Origin: Treponemataceae bacterium
GTDB taxonomy: Bacteria > Spirochaetota > Spirochaetia > Treponematales > Rectinemataceae
Reading direction: 5' to 3'
Length of the DNA stretch: 64,000 nt
Assembly: GCA_963678065.2 (NCBI GenBank)
Contig: CAXXVZ010000004.1
Span: 160,001 to 224,000, forward strand
Part shown: one piece after another, positions 59,158 to 64,000 of the stretch
Layout: each line of letters starts with the position of its first letter
Numbering within the stretch: position 1 is the first letter of the stretch
The notes under the pieces: model-generated
Told to the model about the DNA's origin: nothing
Seen by the model: the letters and a program-made list of their open reading frames with translations, nothing else
The model's database searches: none
Program-made: the position numbers and the translations under genes

Positions 59158-60099
59158 TCAGAATCCGCGCAAGTCCGTGCTCGACCGCGCGGGAAGTCCC
59201 TGTCTGGGTTTTCTCTCCAGAACGACATACCTGATGCCATGATCCTCACAGTATCGGCGTTTTTCCGGTCTGTCGCCATCGGCGTTCACCACATATTCGT
59301 CCGGCCGGAGTTTCTCGATCTCCGGCTCGGCGTCGAGCCAGCCATGGCCGGAACTCACGAGGGCGCGACTCACATACCGGATCGAGGCCACCATGTAGCG
59401 GCGCTCCTTTTCTCCGATGAGGGGGTGGCCCTCGCCTTTCAGGAGGCGGATGTTGGCGTCGTGGCCTACGACGACGGTGAGTTCGCCCCGGGCGCCCGCC
59501 TCCTCGAAAAAGCGCAGGTGTCCTGTGTGAAGCCAGTCGAAGGTTCCGGTGGCGAGGACACGGGATCTGCCGGGCTGGGGCGCCGTATCCGGCACAGGAA
59601 AATCGCAGGGGAAGCCCGCGACCTCGTCCTTCGATATGACCTCGTAGCCGATGCCGCCGCGGAGGCAGAACGCGGCCTTGGCTTCGCTGGCTCCGGAAGG
59701 TTCCGGCCCCGCGCGCTCGAAGGAGGCGCTTCCGTGGAGGGTGCCGGCAAAAAGGCCGGGCTCCGGAACGACCCAGACAAGTTCCCCGCAAGGCGCGGAT
59801 ACGGAATCGTCCGCGGCGGAATCGCCGCCCGCGAACGCGGCGGGAAGACTGTCGGGACCGGACATACAGGAATCCACAACGCAGACGGAGTCGACACAGC
59901 GCAGAGATTCGACGAAATAGCGCCGTTCGTCGATCCCGAATTTCGGGAGCCGCCCCGTCCAGGCTTCCACGGTTGCGTCGTCCCACAGGAGCACGGAGAG
60001 GCCGCCCCTGCGGGAAGCCTCCTCAAGGAATCGCATGTGACAGGATTTTAGATCGTCGAAACTGCCGGAAACAATCGCTCTGGGCACAAAATCCTCCAT
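59158..60099 (-). CDS. Tandem cytidylyltransferase-like (HxGH) nucleotidyltransferase
   Basis: Domain 1 'GSFDDLKSCH..FLEEA...ERRY' (degenerate); domain 2 'GTFDWLHTGH..FFEEA...ERRY...RSSTDLR'. Confidence 0.85.
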   Translation of the reverse strand: MEDFVPRAIVSGSFDDLKSCHMRFLEEASRRGGLSVLLWDDATVEAWTGRLPKFGIDERRYFVESLRCVDSVCVVDSCMSGPDSLPAAFAGGDSAADDSVSAPCGELVWVVPEPGLFAGTLHGSASFERAGPEPSGASEAKAAFCLRGGIGYEVISKDEVAGFPCDFPVPDTAPQPGRSRVLATGTFDWLHTGHLRFFEEAGARGELTVVVGHDANIRLLKGEGHPLIGEKERRYMVASIRYVSRALVSSGHGWLDAEPEIEKLRPDEYVVNADGDRPEKRRYCEDHGIRYVVLERKPRQGLPARSSTDLRGF

Positions 60100-60120
60100 A
60101 GTAATAAAGTCTGGCCACAG

Positions 60121-61032
60121 TCATGCGAGCCTGACACGGATGCCGAAGGATCCCGGAACCTCCCTCTCTGTGGGCACGAGGAGGTAGCCTCCGCCGCAGC
60201 CCGAATACATGGCTCCGCCGTACTCCTTCCGGTACCAAGCCTGGATGCCCGCGAGGTCGACGCTGATGGCGGGATGCCGGACGGTCTGCGGAAGAAGTGC
60301 CTCCCAGGCAGCCATGCAGTCGTTCATCGAGGCCTGCAGGCCGGAAAGGTCGGCCTCCATGATGGAATCGAAACAGAGCTTACCCGACTCGCCGAGGCGT
60401 CTCACCCAGGCGGGGTCGATGTTCATGATCCCGAGAGGCGAGTAGCCCGCGGGTCGCTGCGCCACGGGAAGGATTTTCAGAATCCGCTCGAGCCAGGCGG
60501 CCTTCTCCGGATCGACGTCCGATTCGACGCGGACAGGGAAGTATCCCCCCTCGTGCGAGATGTCGTAATCCAGCCTGCTGATCCCCGGGTACACAAGGCC
60601 GATCATATCCTGGCTGCCCGAAGGTTCCGTCCGCCTTTCGTTTTCCGCCCGGTAGAGTTCGCGAACGAGGGCGGCGGGATCGTCGCAGGGGAGACTGTCG
60701 TTCCAGATCCGGGAAGCGACCCTGCGGGTGCTCGTCGCCATGCCGCACATGTCCATGAAGCGGTACTCGGGGACGACGGAGACGACGACCATGGAGCCCG
60801 GCGGCGAGGGATCGAGGGCGGAGACGAAGGGCTGGTCGATCCAGCCCCCCGCGAGGGCTATCCTGTAAGGGATGCCCCCTGTAATCGCGTCGATGCTCTC
60901 CGCGGCATCGATGCTCTCCGCGGCGTCGGCGTTGCCCGCCACTCCGGCGACCTGTCCCGGGACGGACCCGTCGATGCCGCCCGCGAAGCTGGCGCTGTCC
61001 GCGAAGCTGGCGCTGTTGCTGCTGCCACCCAT
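60121..61032 (-). CDS. GHMP-superfamily sugar kinase-like protein
   Basis: 'PYRIALAGGWID' (motif 1), divergent motif 2 'MCGMATS', 'GSQD', motif 3 'SGCGGGY'. Confidence 0.7.
   Translation of the reverse strand: MGGSSNSASFADSASFAGGIDGSVPGQVAGVAGNADAAESIDAAESIDAITGGIPYRIALAGGWIDQPFVSALDPSPPGSMVVVSVVPEYRFMDMCGMATSTRRVASRIWNDSLPCDDPAALVRELYRAENERRTEPSGSQDMIGLVYPGISRLDYDISHEGGYFPVRVESDVDPEKAAWLERILKILPVAQRPAGYSPLGIMNIDPAWVRRLGESGKLCFDSIMEADLSGLQASMNDCMAAWEALLPQTVRHPAISVDLAGIQAWYRKEYGGAMYSGCGGGYLLVPTEREVPGSFGIRVRLA
60890..61016. repeat. Two different 18-bp in-frame tandem duplications in the kinase N-terminus
   Basis: tcgatgctctccgcggc(a/g) x2 at 60890-60925 (DAAESI); ccgcgaagctggcgctgt x2 at 60981-61016 (SASFAD/G). 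Confidence 0.9.
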
Positions 61033-61036
61033 CGCT

Positions 61037-62086
61037 TCAGCTTACGGTGTGCAGGCCGGCCTTGCGGTCATTGTACTGCTTCTCGATCCAGGCGTAGGTT
61101 CTGGCGAGTCCCGTCCTGAAGGAGGTCGAGGGTTCCCAGCCGAGAACGCTCACGATGAAGCTGTTGTCGCTGTTGCGGCCGGCCACGCCCTTGGGGGCGT
61201 CGAGCTTGTAGCTCCGGCCGAGCTTCACGCCGCCGATCTGTTCGGCGATGGTCACGAGCTCATTGATCTCGATGAGTTCGGATGATCCAAGGTTGACGGG
61301 CGTCGCGACGAGTTCGTCGCAGTGGGTGATCCTGTCGATGCCGTTGGTGCAATCGTCGATGTACATGAAGCTGCGGGTCTGGGTTCCGTCGCCCCAGATG
61401 TCGATCGCGCCGGACTTGGAGTCCTTCGCCTCGATGACTTTACGCGCGATCGCCGCGGGGGCCTTCTCGCGCCCGCCGTCCCAGGTGCCGTAAGGTCCGT
61501 AGACGTTGTGGAAGCGGGCGATGAAGGTCGCCATGCCGCGCTCGGCCCAGTATTCCTGGCAGAACATCTCGGATACGAGCTTCTCCCAGCCGTAGCCGCG
61601 CTCGGCCATGGCGGGATAGGCGTCGGACTCCTTCAGAGCGCGGACGTGGGGATCCTGCTGGAGGTCGGTGTTGTAGGCGCAGGCCGAGGAGGCGTAGAAG
61701 TAGCGGCGGGCTCCGGCGCGGTACGCGGACTCGACCATGTGGGTGTTGATGAGGATGGAGCGGAGGCACTCGACACGGTGAGTCTCGATGAAGCCCATTC
61801 CGCCCATGTCGGCGGCGAGGTTGTACACTTCGAAGGCGCCCTCGCAGGCGCGGCGGCAGTTCATCTCCTCGGAGAGGTCGAGGCAGAGGCTCTCGACGCC
61901 AGGCGTGACGCGGTACCATTCGTGGAGGGGCTTCTTGTCGATGGCCCTGATTCTGGTGAAGCCCTTGTCCCGGAAATAGGCGACGAGATTTCCGGCTATG
62001 AATCCGCCGGCTCCGGCGATGACGAGAAGATCATCCTTCCCTGCGGAAGGGATGGGTGTGCTGGCTTTGGGGAAACTGTATTCCAT
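61037..62086 (-). CDS. GDP-mannose 3,5-epimerase (GME)-like extended SDR
   Basis: 'GAGGFI', 'NLAADMGGMGFI', 'YASSAC', 'LKESDAYPA', 'YGWEK', 'RFHNVYGP.GTW.GGREKAPAA..RK', 'WGDGTQTRSF', 'GRNSDN', all matching GME signatures as I recall them. Confidence 0.88.
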   Translation of the reverse strand: MEYSFPKASTPIPSAGKDDLLVIAGAGGFIAGNLVAYFRDKGFTRIRAIDKKPLHEWYRVTPGVESLCLDLSEEMNCRRACEGAFEVYNLAADMGGMGFIETHRVECLRSILINTHMVESAYRAGARRYFYASSACAYNTDLQQDPHVRALKESDAYPAMAERGYGWEKLVSEMFCQEYWAERGMATFIARFHNVYGPYGTWDGGREKAPAAIARKVIEAKDSKSGAIDIWGDGTQTRSFMYIDDCTNGIDRITHCDELVATPVNLGSSELIEINELVTIAEQIGGVKLGRSYKLDAPKGVAGRNSDNSFIVSVLGWEPSTSFRTGLARTYAWIEKQYNDRKAGLHTVS

Positions 62087-62128
62087 GTGATTCCTCCTGA
62101 TGATCCTGAGAGTACGTCCTTTTCTCGC

Positions 62129-62171
62129 TTCACACAATGCTCTTTTTGCGTATAATAAATACCGTTTTGCG
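62129..62171. promoter_or_regulatory. Divergent promoter region with 21-bp-spaced direct repeats
   Basis: TTCACA-16-TATAAT on the plus strand; TTTTGCG at 62144 and 62165. Confidence 0.55.
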
Positions 62172-62239
62172 CAAAGAGAGCTGCCCGGGAGACACATCCC
62201 GGAATGCCCGGGCGCATCCCGGACACAGGAGGTCGCTAC

Positions 62240-63439
62240 GTGAGGCGGATAGCGCTGTGCATGGAGCTCGACGACTTTTACGATCACGGCATAGCCCGCG
62301 GGCTCGTGCGATACGCCAAGTCCCGGCCCGACTGGAGACTTTACGGCTACGGGTGGATGTTCCGTCCCCTCGAAGATCTCGGGTCCTGGCAGGGAGAGGG
62401 CATCATAGCGCGAGTGGAAGGCCCAAAGGACGCGGACAGACTGGCGGCGCTCGGGTTGCCGGTCGTCGACGTGGCCGGAGCCTACTCCAGGCCCGGATTC
62501 CGTCACGTCACGAACGACGATTTCCTTACGGGCTACAAGGCGGCGGTCTCCCTCAGATCCCGCGGCTTCACCCACTTCGCCTATGTCGGCGTGGCGGAGG
62601 TCGCGTGGTCAGCCGAGCGGAAGGCGGGCTTTTTCGCCGCGCTCGCGCGGGCCAGAGGACAAATCCCGCGGCATCCGGCCCAGGATCGCCCGGTTCCCGT
62701 CTACGAGCGGAGCCTCGTCTGGTGGGAGGGTCGCGGCAGGCAGGATCTATTTATGGAAGAAAATCGCGAACTGGCCAGATTTCTCAGCGCTATCGAGAAA
62801 CCGGCAGCCCTGTTCGCCTGCAACGACACGGCGGGGCTCAGGGTGACGGAGCTCTGCAGGCGGCTCGGAATCCCTGTCCCGGAAGATCTCGCTATACTCG
62901 GCGTGGACAACGAGGATATCCTCTGTGAGCTCTCCTTTCCTTCGCTCTCGAGCATCATGCTCGACTGCGAGAGCATCGGCTACCGCGCGGGGCAGCTAGT
63001 CGACACAATCCTCGATGGGTCGGGGCCACCGGAAGGAGCGCGGATAACCGTCCCGCCGCGGGAAGTGGCGGAGCGCGAATCGACGCTCGTGATCGCCTGT
63101 TCCGATCCTCTCGTGGCCCGCGCGGCGACCTACATCAGAGCCCACGCGCACGAGGGCATTTCGGTCGCCGACATCGTGTCCGTGGCAGGATGCTCCCGCC
63201 GAAGCATCGAAACACGGTTCAGGCGGGCCATGGGGCACAGTCTTCACGACGAAATTCTGCGATCCCGGCTGGCCGCCGCCAAGCGGACGCTGGCATCCTC
63301 GAGCCTGCCGCTCGACCAGGTGGCGGAGCGCTGCGGGTTCGGCTCACTCCAGCGCTTTCACACGGCATTCCGCGAACTGGAAGGCTGCACGCCCGGGCAG
63401 TGGCGCCGGCGCGGGGCGAAGGCCGTCCATATGTTTTAA
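62240..63439 (+). CDS. XylR-type regulator (LacI-like sugar-binding domain + AraC HTH)
   Basis: 'KPAALFACND', 'VPEDLAILGVDN', 'PSLSSI', 'REST', C-terminal AraC HTH; GTG start after AGGAGG. Confidence 0.9.
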   Translation: MRRIALCMELDDFYDHGIARGLVRYAKSRPDWRLYGYGWMFRPLEDLGSWQGEGIIARVEGPKDADRLAALGLPVVDVAGAYSRPGFRHVTNDDFLTGYKAAVSLRSRGFTHFAYVGVAEVAWSAERKAGFFAALARARGQIPRHPAQDRPVPVYERSLVWWEGRGRQDLFMEENRELARFLSAIEKPAALFACNDTAGLRVTELCRRLGIPVPEDLAILGVDNEDILCELSFPSLSSIMLDCESIGYRAGQLVDTILDGSGPPEGARITVPPREVAERESTLVIACSDPLVARAATYIRAHAHEGISVADIVSVAGCSRRSIETRFRRAMGHSLHDEILRSRLAAAKRTLASSSLPLDQVAERCGFGSLQRFHTAFRELEGCTPGQWRRRGAKAVHMF

Positions 63440-63454
63440 TGGAGGATACATACG

Positions 63455-63973
63455 ATGCAAGATTTTTTCGGAACGGTCATGCGGCGCTCGAGCGTGCGGG
63501 CTTTTTCAGGCGAGGCCGTGGGCGAGGCCGAGTGGGACGCGCTTCTCAGGGCGGCTATGGCCGCGCCCTCAGCGGTCAACTGCCAGCCATGGGAGTTCAT
63601 CGTCGTCACCGATCGGGAGAAACTGAAAGCCCTGGCCGAAGCCCTTCCCTACGCGAAGATGGCGGCATCCGCGGCGGGAGCCCTGGTGGCCTGCGCGGTT
63701 CCGGCACGGGCATTCGGCGGCTCGAAGGAGCTGGCCATCATCGACACTTCGCTTGCCTGCGAAAACTTTCTCCTCGCCGCCGAGGCCAGCGGGCTCGGGG
63801 CCGTCTGGACAGCGCTATTCCCCGAGGCAGCGAGGGAAAAAGCGGTGCACAGGCTTCTGGGGATTCCTGAGGGGGTCATAGCCCTCGCCCTCATTCCCCT
63901 GGGGCACCCGGCCGGGAAACAGACTCCGAAGGACAAGTACCGAAAGGAATTCATCCACCGCGAGCACTGGTAA
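63455..63973 (+). CDS. Nitroreductase family protein
   Basis: 'RRSSVRAF', 'AAMAAPSAVNCQPWEF', 'GLGAVW', 'IHREHW'. Confidence 0.92.
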   Translation: MQDFFGTVMRRSSVRAFSGEAVGEAEWDALLRAAMAAPSAVNCQPWEFIVVTDREKLKALAEALPYAKMAASAAGALVACAVPARAFGGSKELAIIDTSLACENFLLAAEASGLGAVWTALFPEAAREKAVHRLLGIPEGVIALALIPLGHPAGKQTPKDKYRKEFIHREHW

Positions 63974-64000
63974 CCGGGCGCTGCCGTCCGGCGGGGAAAG

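Overview
GC-rich, gene-dense bacterial chromosomal window, probably from an anaerobic spirochaete. That assignment is an inference from the Treponema-like ValS N-terminus, the BMP/nucleoside ABC locus and the Ech hydrogenase. About 60 CDS are supportable; no rRNA, tRNA, CRISPR array, integrase or transposase was seen. Main blocks in order: sugar/G3P binding protein + GpsA-like gene; orphan PAS kinase; patatin; HI0933 flavoprotein and Uup-like ABC-F; valS-HD hydrolase-deoC-BMP-nucleoside ABC; PocR/PAS/GAF kinase; GGR-like reductase and a GlpA-like/SdhB-like pair; a yjdF riboswitch with its yjdF gene, next to a nested repeat; a 13-kb divergent cluster with two non-canonical KAS III enzymes, FabG, Liv-type ABC, two alpha/beta hydrolases, SCP2-type thiolase, CoA-transferase and a double-TetR regulator; a PadR-HAAS/Toastrack operon led by a small ORF that the ORF track does not call separately; tatD-tcdA; echABCDEF + YeiH; pdxR-pdxST; and an operon with a divergent XylR-like regulator encoding GDP-mannose 3,5-epimerase, a GHMP kinase, a tandem nucleotidyltransferase and ManC. 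The best candidates for undescribed systems are (1) that last operon, a possible Leloir-like GDP-linked L-hexose salvage/catabolic pathway, and (2) the dual-KAS III cluster. All product calls come from motif recognition by eye; no database searches were run.
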